A stretch of 55,758 bases of DNA, counting the filler, from Sphacelaria rigidula (Eukaryota), in assembly GCA_964200075.2 (NCBI GenBank). It is 4 parts of 4 records of this genome, joined end to end, with 100 filler letters (N's around TTAATTAATTAA, not from the genome) between each part and the next. Parts side by side here need not be neighbours in the genome. Positions count along the whole stretch, not along the records: positions 1 to 13,866 come from CAXNAA020002624.1; 3 more parts are not named here. The stretch is one strand, 5' to 3'. Below, in pieces: positions 1 to 12,366 of the stretch; within the stretch, counting starts at the first letter, position 1; each line of letters starts with the position of its first letter. A program made the position numbers and the translations under genes. The notes under the pieces were generated by a model that was not told where the DNA came from, made no database searches, and saw nothing but the letters and a program-made list of their open reading frames with translations.

Positions 1-746
1 CAATGTCGCCAATATGAGGCGCTTCATTCAGCCTGAACCCGAACAGTAGGCGCTGTATCGTCATTTGTTTCGTGACACTTTTAGCTGGTTTCGGGGGGGA
101 CTATCGTAGAAAGTGTCCAATGTCGCATGACAAGCCGGGAAATCTACATAATGTAGAATTCACAACACTGCACAGAGGCATCTTGACGAGATACATCGAC
201 CATGTACTCCTCACCTGGTAGCTGGAAGGGTATCGTCGAGTTCGTATTGAGTGGCGACGCGGTAAACTAGCACCATGCATGTGTGGGGTGATGGTTTATC
301 ACAACATGATTTTCGGACCTCGCGCAGTGAAAAACAACAGACCAGGAACGAACGCGCTAGTTTGAGCATTGCCTGTCACCACCCAAAGTGAGCCAGAGGT
401 CACCAATTAAAGAGTCCACGTAAAAGTCACCATGTGACGATGCATCGCAATGGTACCAACACCAGCGAAGACTACACTGACACCACCATCAACATAACGT
501 CTCAGGAAGACAAGGGATAATGTAGCCTGTGGCGCCATGCATCAAGTACACTATATGTCCCATGTAAGTGCGACAACGGGTTCTCGAGCGGCACGTTCAA
601 GTGTTCTATACGAGCTTGTAGAAATGATATCATAGCGCGTGTCCATATACACAGACCTACTCCACGATGACCGCATGATATTCGTTCCGTCTGACAGAGA
701 GTAGTGGAGTGGGACCCATCATAGATAGGGACGACTGCTCAAAGAT

Positions 747-3700
747 CTAGTCGTAAAAGTTCTCCCGACCCCCGACTGAGGGAGTGACGGAGAAGTACAA
801 AGAAAACACAGACTTGCCAAAAACAGCCATCACTATCAACACGTTCGCAACGGTAAGGATCACGTCGTACATCTGCTCCCCAGTTTCCGCTTCCTCTTCC
901 GAGTCTGTTCCCAACATCAGAGCAATGAGCATGCTCAGGAGCACGATCAAGTGTCCAAACCTCGACATCCAGCAGTCTTGCCAGCTCTTGTATGGGTCGA
1001 GCGCCTCGAACATCGCGAAAAACAATAGCGCCAGCAGAAACGCCGTGCTGATCTGCGCGACGCTACCCGGAGAGATGAACACGACGGCTCCGGTAAGCAT
1101 CAAGCGGCGCGCGCACTCCACCACCTCGTAGAACAGCCGGTCACGTTTGTACGGCTTCCAGAGGTCGCGCATCATTGACTTATGGTACTCATGACGGGTG
1201 TAGACATCGTCGCTGCCACCATGTCTATTCGGCACAGCGTGCACCCATGGGGGTTGAGCTCGCTCCGATGAACAGCCACCTTCGGCCGGCCACATCCTTG
1301 GCGGTCTCTTTTTCGGCTCCAATCGACCAGAACATTGGTTGCCATCCGGATGTCGATTAAAAGACTCCATGCTGTGCATGGAAGAATGAGCCACTCGGTG
1401 GGGAGGTCGCCGGCAAGCGGACCACACCAGGACCCCGTAAAGAATGGGAATGCCGATAGGATAGACTGCGATCATCAGCCCGGCATAAATCATGTATGCC
1501 CGGTGGACCGGGACTACGTTGCTCGTATCGTCATGGGTAATACCGTTGTTGTGATGGCAACGTAGACGATAGTCGGCCCTGAGGTAGTACAGATCGTCGT
1601 CGAGGTGGTCACACGCGAAGGTCTGGAAGACGGTGGATGATGCCGACGAGTAGACAAGAAAAGTAATGAGGATTAGAACTGTCCGATGCCTCCGTCGAAC
1701 CTGGAGGCGTGAATACGATGTCGACCGGTTGAGCGTGAATCGAGGAGGCAAAGAATGAGAGGTGTATGAGGGAGGCAGACGGCTCCGTGGTCTTCGGAGG
1801 GGGTGTGTCATCACGAGCGGTAATCAGTTATGGTGTAATGTCGACATAGCGAGTGCGCTTCTCAACGGAAGCACTCAGGGAAACAGACCATTAAATGTTT
1901 TTGACTTTCCCTTGCTGTATTTCCGTATTGTTTAAGTAGCCCTATAGATGTAGATTAAGCTCCATCTGCGAGTCCGCCCACTAGTTTGTGCGTAAGTGTA
2001 GTGAAAACCGTTACGGTCCACTGACCGGCAGCAAACTTCATGCGTTGGATTGTTTCTAGGGTACTGATGTTAAGGCTGCTTCGCAAAAAAAAGATGAGGG
2101 AGAAAGGGGATTCGGTAATTGCTATACTCGTGCATCATACCTCTGCTATTGCGAGGAGCTCACGATGTAGGCTGCATGTTGCCTCTTGGCACATTCACCT
2201 ACACCCAAATCGCACCGTACACTACAGTACATATAGTTACGCTGAATTTATCCGCCCTACTACTATCCTTTTGGGGACTAAAACCTCGGTAGATTTTGGA
2301 GAGATATACTACGTGCCGATAATACTAAACAGGAAAGAGTGAAAATACACGAATACAGTACAAACGTAGATACAAGTAAACAAGTCAAGAAAAGAAGGGG
2401 AAAAGAGTTACAGATTCGCAGCAGAAATCAATAGCACTCGTGGAAGTAAATATGATGGGTATGTCCTCGAGCACCTGCAACACAGCAACCAAGGGCACCG
2501 GACGGTTGCCCTGCAGGCCCTGTATAATGTCTTGAAAAACCATTTTGGCGTTATTCGGCCTCGACAACATGTAGAACGACGGGTGCTACATTCCGTATAT
2601 ACAGTCCCTGGGGATGTTATCCTCCGTGATAAAAAAAAAAACGGGGAGCGTATTCTCCAGAATGAAAACATAGGGGGGTTGGCGGGGTGCTACACCCATA
2701 TTCACCAATTATGTTGAGGTCTGTTATCGCTCGCACCTACAAATTTCCTGAGAGAGTTTTCGATGCTCCGTGATCACAATTGATGGGAGTGCGTTCTCCG
2801 TAGTGTGAAAAATTCACTGGAGGGGAACTCTATTCCGTAGGCAGAAACGTCGGGAGCAATGCCACGGTAGGGGTGCACTTTTGTCTCTGAGACTCTTTGT
2901 TGTAGGACTCTCTCGTTGACAAATATCTGGACCTTGGTGTGCAGCCTCGGAGGAGTTTTGGCCCAAAATATGCACTTCTACCGTGGCATCACTCTCGGGC
3001 GCAATCCTCCGTGGTCAAAAATTGCTAGAGGAGTGCTGTCGCCAACACGAGAAACACACGGGGGTGGTGTATTACGCAGTATCCTCAGTACGAAAAAACA
3101 CAGGTGGGTTGGGTGGGCACTTACAGATACGGAAAATTATACTTTTGGGGAGGTGCTATACCTCGTAGTCACAAACACCCCGGGGTGCTTATCCTCCTTG
3201 ATCATAAATCCCCGGAGAAGTGTTCAGCTCACGTGCGTTGGGGGATGACAAATTCCGTAGCCACAGACCCCCTGGGGATGGTACTCTACGTCCCTCTATC
3301 CGAGAACGTTCTTTGTTGACCGAGAACGCCCCTTGTTATCCGAGAGTGCCCCCTCGTCATCCGAGAAAGCCCCTCGTGTAAGCAGAGTGTTCTCAGTACA
3401 CCGAGAATGTCCCGTGTGTACTCGGAATACCCCCGGTGTTTAACCAGAACTTCCCCGTGTACGTGTAACGCCTCGTCCACGTCGACCATTGGTGCTGATT
3501 GGAAAAAAACGCTTCCGAAAATGGGTGGCGGAATGTGGTTTTCCTGCGGGGATACCCTTCACATGGGGAGGGAAATATATGCCATGGGCCGAGATTTCGG
3601 AAGAAGGACAAGGGAAAGGACTTGCACGCAGTACCAGGAATGGGTAGAGGGATTATGTCACATAGTTTGAGGGAGAATACCTGGCACGTGAATAAGGGAC

Positions 3701-6700
3701 GAAGTCGCCCAGTGTTCACTAAGAACGTCATTGTGTACTGATGACGCTACGTCTATTTCCAGGGATGGGCAATGATGGAATACCAATGATTTGAGAATGG
3801 GTGAGACTGTATTTTTCTCGTAGATAAGGGGGTGTTTTTTATAGGGGGAGAACGTGGTACAGGAATATGTGAAGGTACTGTAACAACACAAGACCGAGAT
3901 AGTTACTGGGGGGATTTTTCCGCATAGGTAGGAGTTTCACATCGATAGGGTTATCACACGAATGAGGCAATATTTTACAAATGGATGAAGACATATCTTG
4001 CATGGACAAAGACTGCGAAACAAGAACAAGCGACAACACTTGGGATGCAGATCCAGTGGGTGGCGACAAGAAAATAAAAGCTTGAGAACGAGAAAGACTA
4101 CAGAACCCCGAGATTGCAGCAGAAACCAGAAGCAAGCTACTGGAAAGCTCTGTAGACATCCGTGAGAGATTTCAGATGGAAAGTGGCGGTAGGGTGTGTG
4201 TTTGCGGTTGCGTTGTGGATCTGCACGTTCATCTCACCTCGATCATGCCCTGCGCATCACTCCAGTATCGACTCCGCGCAAACCAGAAGGTCAAGAGCAG
4301 CAGTAGGCCCAACACCAAGGGGGAAATCGTAATGGCCAGTAGCCTGTGGTAAAAGTCAACAGTCTGGAAGTAGCACTCCAAAGGCAACATCCGCGTCAAG
4401 TCGAGATTGAAGATTTTTACCGCGTTGAGGAAGGCCTTGTAGTACACCGGGTAGGACACGTTCGCAACCGAGGAGAACTTCAGGCACGTTCGAAGAGTCG
4501 AGATCAAACGGAGGGGGGGCTGGTGTAAGGAGGAAATATCGAGATTCCACAATTTGTTTACTTGGATATGCATCTTGGAAGCAATTTATCGTTTCAGACA
4601 TCAGCTATCAATAGACCCTCGGCGCCATAAGTCTAAGCGAGCGACACTATAGACTCCCCCCACCCGCGTCGATAACGCACGGCATTCTCTGAAGGCAACC
4701 GGTTGTTAGACACGGAAGGTGTCACTAAATCCATGTCGCTGCTGCAACATCTAGCACCTATCGCACGGTCAAGCTAAGTTTTCTCTGTACCACGAAGCGT
4801 ACTGATGAATGGCCAGCACAAGGACGAAAGAAACACCACCTCGGTGACGATCTGCCACGTGACGATGATGATCTTGATGGCTTGAAAAGGGATGGCCTGG
4901 TAAACGCGCCCAATGCACCTCCGCCAACCCAACATGCTTCTCCCCGCGTTTGGTCGCGGTAGCGACGTTAGGTACTGCCACGCGCAGGCGAACGTGACCA
5001 CCAGAAATATCACGGCAATGATCCCCAGGGCTTCCGTCGTGAGTGTCGAGCCCCCCTTACACTTGACGCAGGCGTGTCCTTGACCCCAGGTGTAGCCTTC
5101 CTCGCACACAGAGCAATCTGAGTGGCGAATCGGAAGTGGGTACAAGATGGGGAACAATGGGACCTCTGAGCGAATAGTCATGCCGGTAGGTTCTACAGTA
5201 GGTAGAGTTGTGGATCACTCACAGGGAGTGGTATACACAGCAGCACGTGCGCAGCTACAGCGCGTCTGGCAATGGCAAAATAATAAGAGGAGCATCACGA
5301 GTGCAGGGTCGGGTGGAACCAGAGCCGAGCGCCAGTGCCAACGGCGATTCAGGGGTATACATGTCACACATGTGTCGTGCACGAGCGTGGTCATCAGCCT
5401 CGAGACCTCATTAATGGCAGTGAAACACACTGTTACTACCATGAACTAGCGACTTCGTCCCCAATCATCAACACCATTCATTACCAATCTGAAGCGAGTC
5501 GAGCCACATACTGAAAGCCAGTCCAACCTGCCGATGATAGGTCCTGCCCAAACTCTTGTCCTGAAGCGACCACCATAATCTCCCAACTTGATGCTACTCC
5601 CCACTCACATGGTCCCGTGTAACCTGTGGCGCAATAGCCCCTTTCGCAGGAAACCCCTCCACACGTCTCGGCCACGCCACCCAGACACGCCCCCTTATGA
5701 TAACACGGCAGAATCTTTCGGCTGACGTTAGTTGCGCGCCAGTACCCTTTTTCCAAGCACAGCGACGCTAGGGTTCCGCTCGCGTCTGGACTATCGGTGT
5801 GATCCAAAAGAGGCTCGCATAGAGCCACGGTGTCGGGGTTGCTGATTATGCAAGTGTCGCACAAACTAATGTTGGTGCAAGAGTTGCACGCGGTCTTGTA
5901 GGCCAAGTTTTGCTCCGCGATTACATGCTGTAACGGTCCGGCGGCCAGGCGGCGAAGGAACGGGTAGCGCACAAACTGCTTAGTGTTTTCTCGAGGAGAA
6001 CAGAACAGTTCGACCATCGACGAGGGATGCAATGGTAGGGTCGCACGATTTTTTCCTCGGGTTCCTTACATTATGAGCCTCTCAATGAGAAACATCTGGG
6101 CCCAGGAATGCAACCTCAGACAAGTATTGGCCCGAAACATGTATCCCTATCGGGACACCACTCCAGTCCCCAAAATATTCGGATTGCAGACGAGGATGCC
6201 AGTTGCATACCCTGCTGAGGGTAGTGGCCGGTGTCATGCACGGTGTAGGGAGGTAGAGGTGGATCAGTTGCCAGTCTTCAAGGTACATACCTCCCCTGCC
6301 AGCTTGTACCAACCCACTTCACTCTACTAGTGATCGTTGTGCACGATGTTTGGCGAACACATTCTCAAGCGACGAGTGGAATGATGACGTGATATCGGCT
6401 TACGTTGGATTTCTCCGCGAGAAACTCCGTCGACCCGCACAAGAGCTCGTTGCCTGTGAAGACCACATCCTGGAACTCCAAACTTTCTCCGGTGTCATCT
6501 GAAGACTTGACGAGCATAACCGCTGGCCCGGTCGCAGCCCGGTTGTACGATAGCTCGCACCTATTGAGCTCTAGTAAACTCTCCGTGTACCCGCTATCTG
6601 AAAGGAACCCGCCCCCGGATTTTCCTGCAGAAGATTATCATTCCGGGCGTGTATTATGGAGGGGGTCGGAGGAAGCGGTCGGACGATGTGGACGTGTCGT

Positions 6701-8353
6701 TGGAGGCCACGGAAACAAATCTAAGCTCGGTCTGATACGAAGAAACGCTAGTTGAGCCAAGGTGGAAGTAAGTCATTTCAGCAAACACTGCTCCCGATGT
6801 TTGCTGAAAAAAGCTCGTTTGAGAAGTACACTTGAGCGACATTTCTCGTGGCCAATTTCGTAGAATGGTGTACACCCCAGCCTTCATTCAGCGAAGATCC
6901 GATTCACACCAGAGGGCCAGACCTGCAAATAGTTTCTGCATTCCGCCACTCTCGCATACTCTACACCCTCACGTGAAACATTTCCCACATGGAGCACTAT
7001 CGCAATGTATTACTCCCCGTGAGCATCAAGCCTCGAGGTACAGCTTCCTCCTTCAAAGAAATCTACCACAATGGGGCCGAGGTTCCATGGGGGGAAACTT
7101 AAGCGTGTCGCGGGGGGATACCGAGCGATTGCGGGAAACTTCATAAAAATGAAGACTGCATGGGGAAGTAAGGACCTTAGAAGGGTTGTGCCAGAGGGGT
7201 CGATACGGAATGATCGGAGGCAGACTCGTGGTTTGTTAAAACTTGAGGAGATTTGCGCGCCAAGGCCATCTATGCGTACGATTAGTGACGGACGGGTGAT
7301 ACTCGTCTGTCGGATGAATGGACAAGATCCCTAATGCCATGTGCTTGATAAGGTACGGTAGAGAGCACGATGTGTAACCGAAGAAAGCATGGCAACAAAC
7401 GTATATTCTCGCATGGAAGCATTGTGCATGCGCACGAGGGACGAGTGGGCACGAAACATACATACATGACTGGCGTTTTGTTCCCTCGCCTGCTGTGTTG
7501 TTCCTAATGATGGTGTCATTGATTCGCACATACCCAGCCGACACCACCACAGCACCGCCATCCCTCCCCGCGGTGTTGTCCTCAAAGGTGCAGTTGATCA
7601 TCTCAAGCGCGTTGCTTTTCCCGTCCTGGACGCCCGCACCTGGGCGACTCAGTACCATAGCTCCACCGTTCAGGGTCGCCGAATTAGATCTGAAGCGCAC
7701 CCCGCTGATGACACTATCGGAAGCACGTCCGGCGAGGTACACTGCCCCGCCCGTCGGTGCTCTGTTATTTGCGAACACGCAACTCTCGACTTCCAAAGTC
7801 ATTGACAGTTTGCCTTCAAACGAAAGTGCGCCACCAAACAACAGGACCGCAGTGTTGTTGAAGAACACAGCCGAGCTCCTGTCCCCGAAGAAGGCCAGGG
7901 TGCCATCGAAGGCAAGGACCGCGCCGCCCGAGTCACCAGCCGTGTTGTTGTAAAAGTAGTTGCTTCCCGTGAATACTGCTTCACTCTCATGTACGTATAC
8001 GGCGCCCCCATCCGAGCTCGCTACATTCTCGTCGAACGTTGACTTTCCCGCGAACGCCAACAGGGAACCCTCCGTCGCCGCAACGCAGCCTCCCTCCAAT
8101 CCGGCACTATTCCGACGGCAAACGGTTTCCCCGTCGAAGGAAACGTTGGACCTCATCACTGAGATTGCGCCCCCTGTTGCGCTTGCTCGATTGCCGAAAA
8201 ATTGACAGTTGTTGCAAGTCACATTCGCAAGGTCTCCCGCTATTGCTCCACCCATCGTACCGTTACCATGGTTCAGGCTCAGGTTTGACAGGCTGAGAGC
8301 AGCGGACGTGACGTTGAAGAGCAAACACCCACCATTTCCCTCGATTGTGGCAT
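747..8353 (-). CDS. Spliced gene: polymorphic-membrane-protein-like (GGA[I/V/L] beta-helix repeats) cell-surface protein with Cys-rich linker and multi-pass TM C-terminus; 5' end uncertain
   Basis: Hand-spliced, phase-consistent exons: 8353-7490 (GC donor), 6624-6404, 5927-5609, 5117-4840, 4477-4238, 1700-747 (TAG). Repeated FxxNxA...GGA(I/V/L) motifs, 'LEKGYWR...CLGG...YCATGYTGPYCSVCEEGY', then hydrophobic segments with 'FQTFAC...YLRADYRLRC', 'YPIGIP', 'YEVVECARRLMLTG'. Possible extra 5' exons at 13017-12994 and about 13200-13118 are low confidence. Confidence 0.88.
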
Positions 8354-8684
8354 CTGCTAATACAACGTCAAAGATGCAAGTGTTAGGGACGTAAAATTCG
8401 CAAGGGGTGAACGCCAAGACAAATATGGAAGACGGGTTATTTTACAATTTTTGAACATGTCGACGTTTACGATCGTTACATGGGAGATATATCTCTCAGT
8501 TTGTGCCACGCCGCGGAACGATAAAAGCGGAGGGGCGGGGGCGTTTCAAATTTTCTGGTTACCGTGACATAGCGGCTCGTCTGAGACGCATGAACTCGCC
8601 AACTCGTTTCCAAATTTCCGCGAAGTACGAGCTAGGCCAGCCAAAAAGCTCGCATTCCTTTGGGTACACCATAACGTCATCAGG

Positions 8685-10915
8685 TTCAACAATGTTTCCG
8701 TAAAATTGAGAGTAGAGCGTTGATTGAGAGTGGGTTTCATCATTCGCTTCAACTACTGTAGACCAATTTCTATTTCTGTGTGCGCTTTTTTTCGTCCGCA
8801 ACACTGACGTGTGCTCACAGCTACACATCGATATCAAACTCAGGGATATCAAAAGCTTTAGTGGCGAGGTACTACCGAAAGCGTATCGGGCCTCGTAACG
8901 AGGCATTTCGGAACTGAAACTATTAATTCATCAGTTGACCGCTTCTCACTCTCAACAGTATCTTTTACTCTCAATCTCGCGAAAAAAATGCTGTTCCCGA
9001 ATCGGCCCGATGTAAGTATATCGATGTGGGCTGCACACCAACCTGCCGATCGACGCTCTGTCGCTAAAAAAGAAAAGCATGTACGTAAGAATTTCTCTTG
9101 AGGACAGATCAAAATTATGCTCAAAACAAATCTGTCGGGATTCGAATTAGTGACCTTCCGCTCTGTAGTAAGTCTCATGTACCAGTTGGACCACGGGGTG
9201 CAGCGGTGTTATACAAAAAAGTGGAATGCCCTGCCCAATTCTCAGAGTGCTCGACGAGCTGATATTTCCCAGGGGCCTGCTACACGCAAGTTAGGCATTC
9301 TTCACGAAAGTAGCCAGAGTGTTTATAACTTATTATCCAATTATGACGTGTCTTTCCTCTGCGATGATTAATCGCTCGAATATTCCGTTCTTCATTTGTT
9401 TCGTGGCTACGTGCGCCAGGTTCCGCATCTTGATTATATGAATCTCATGTAAAGGTTTGAGCCGCTAACGCTAAAGATTGGGCAGAGAAAGATTGTTCAA
9501 CCTCCAATATGAATCCTTGGCTGGCTCAGCTCGTAAAACGAGTTGTGTTCTGCACATGCAACGAGATATTAACAGATTTCAGCTGGAAGTCTTTACACTA
9601 TTTCTTCCTTGCCGTATGTATGGGATAAAAAGTAAGAGAACAATCACAGGTGACCAAAGTGGCACCTTGTGTCTGGCATTTGTCGAAATATTCAGGTGCG
9701 TCATGCAGGAATTGACGACGTTATGAGGTGCCTTGTGCAGAAGTTAGCAACGCGCGTCAGACATAGTCTATCAAGTTTTGCGATGTTTTCCGGGCAGAGG
9801 TTAACGACGTTTTGACTATCATTATAATGGATTATATTCTTGATGGAAATGTTCTCAAAGTGTCCGTACTTGTCTTGAATTTTCCCATCAGCGACATTAA
9901 ATAACAGAGGACACTGGAAAGCCGGGTTGAGTTTTCGAATTGGGCTGAAGCCGCTTTCCGAACGAACTCCTGAGGGCACACAATAAAATGATCCGTCTTC
10001 CATGGAGCTACCACGCACTATCAATCAGGGTGGGACTTCCATACAAATGCGACTAAGATCGCCAAACGTTGCACTTACACCATATTTATGGCGACGAATC
10101 TCGACTTGTACAAATATAAGGATTTCAGTCCGTCTACAGGCGATTTCCTCCCGTGGATTCATTTTTAAACCCCACTCCGTTGGGCAATATGTCTCGGCTA
10201 CATGCGAAAAAATCGTATTAATTCTCCGATTCTCTGGGCGTTGACGTTTGATGTATCACCTTTTGGCTCAAATCGATAAACTCCCGCATCTCCCCCGCAT
10301 CTTCCCCGCTTTCGTAAAAGAGGCGTCAGCGAAATATAAATAATGTTTTCAAAAAATATTTATAAATTGAAAGAACAAATCAAGTAAGACAAACAGTCGA
10401 TTTGATGGTACGCGGGTCAAGAGAGGCCAAAAAGGCCAAAAAGGGGAACTGCACAGGTTGTCATACCGAACAAGGGAGGGTAGTGCAAGGCAACACAGCT
10501 CAATACAACCCAAGGCCACGCAAGACAAGACGCGACAAGAGCTGAAAAATAGTAGGGTCCGAGTAAAATCCTACGAAAAATAATAACAACAAATCAACAA
10601 AACAAAACAATCAACGTCAATAAATCATGTTTTCGTGAGATCGAGAGTAGAGGATAAGATTGAAAGTGACAAGCGGTCAATGAGTGAATTAATCGTATGA
10701 GTTTCGAAATGCTTCTCCAAGAGGCCCGATATGCTTTCTGTAGTAGCTTGCCACTGAGGTCCATATCCCTGAGTAGGATATCGACGTGTAGCTGTAAGCA
10801 CACGCCAGTGATGGAGGCAAACAAAAGCGCACAAGGAATGAAAAATTGGCTGAGTTGAAGCGAATGATCAAGGCCACTCTCAATCAACGCTTTACTCTCA
10901 ATCCCACGAAAACGT
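8685..10915. repeat. Old inverted duplication of about 300 bp (8685-8985 versus 10630-10915)
   Basis: 'ttgagagtagagcgttgattgagagtgg...tcattcgcttcaact...gtgtgctcacagctacacatcgatatc...ctcagggatat' at 8706+ matches the reverse complement of 10765-10902. Confidence 0.85.
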
Positions 10916-11959
10916 CGTTAATACGGAAATTGAGTAATATTCTGACCACAAGTGTTGCGCAACCAATCTCGATACGCAATTCATGACCATGTTTGGGTAA
11001 TCAGTATGAGTTACAAGGTTCCCCTTCGGGAGGTTGGCACGGGCCTCCCGGGGGTGACGCAGGTCAAAATATATATGATTGAGAGAGGCTCTTGCATCTC
11101 AATGTACATTAGTGATCGTGGCTGTACAAATCATTGCATGTGTTACCGGATGTCGTTCGTAAATGTGGAAATTCGGACGGAGGCCGACGGCGAAACCGCC
11201 GGAGTAGGACATGTGTGGTATTTCCGAGGTGCCAAAGCGCGAAGTAGCTCTCGTGCCACAAAGATATGACAGCGGGAGGCACTTCCGAAAAGTTGAAAAG
11301 CGTGGCTTCCACATCACCGCGCCTTTTTTAAAAACAGGGTGATTGTTTTTGCGGCAAAACATTCCTGTCCTGCCGTGCTGCGGTGCCTTGTTCAACTCGT
11401 CAACGGCCCATTGCACACGGTCTTGTGTTGCTGGTGACTAAGGCCAAGGCAGTGTTCAATTGTTTTCAACTGCTTTGCTCTCATGTTCTCGTGACATTAG
11501 CGGCATTACCGGTGTGTTCGTGCTCCCAAGTGAACGAGAACGCGACAACGAGAAACACGGGGGAAAGATACCCCACCGAAAGTAATCCTGTTCGAATATT
11601 TCCGTGATCTTCAACAGGAGTTTTTAGTGGTTCGGGTTCTTGTTTCAAGTTTTCCATTATCTTGAAAAGGCCCTTGTTTTGGGATTGACACCCCGCGAAA
11701 AAAAGCCAGTTTGAGCGACTTTCGGCGGCCAGAACACGCGCCACAGGTATCAGATGACACCCAAACCTGAACAGTAATGTACCGCTGAGCCTTCTCAGTG
11801 CGATGCAAAAGAAAGCGCGGGAAAACTTGTCTTGCCGCCAGAGAAAACTCGGCAAAGGTGGTGAAAAATGTGATGTGATACACGTACAAATGAGTCCTTG
11901 CATTTTTGAAAACCCTGTTATTAAATGTCGACCAGCACAGCCAATACTTGCGCGCGCGC

Positions 11960-12366
11960 CTGTGTGTCTTTTCGTCCTATTAATTATGGACACCTACAAC
12001 ACCTGCTCCGTGTATGGAGGCGCACCAGCCGGGGTCACACAGGAAGAAGGTCACACAGGAGGTTTTTGTGTTTCGAATTCTCCATCCTTCTTCTGCGGTG
12101 CTTCATTTTTGTCGCACTTTGAACCCCTAGCTCTCCTTCCTCGGGACGAGCCCGTGATCTACTAGTCTCAAGGGATAGGCCCAGCGCTCCCTCACTGCAT
12201 CAACTCACGTCGAACAAACTCTGTCGACTGCTTGGTTTACTCACGTTCTCACGCTTTGCACGGTGGAAATCTGATTGACGAAGGAAAATCCCAACGCATC
12301 GGGAATCGAACCCTCCTTCTCTCCACCGTAAATGGCGACAGTCGGACCATTACACAACCGGGGCGC
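11960..12366 (-). mobile_element. tRNA-derived SINE, type B (different head and body, same 3' module as type A)
   Basis: Minus-strand head GGTTGTGTAATGG ... GGTTCGATTCCC; 11960-12105 shares 'ggcgcaccagccggggtcacacagga...ggtcacacagga...cttctgcggtgctt' with type A, whereas 12110-12290 differs. Confidence 0.75.

Noticed and set aside
7236-8417. Bacterial (Chlamydia-like) autotransporter, contamination or recent HGT
   Set aside because: It is one exon of a spliceosomal gene ending in alpha-helical TM segments, not a beta-barrel.
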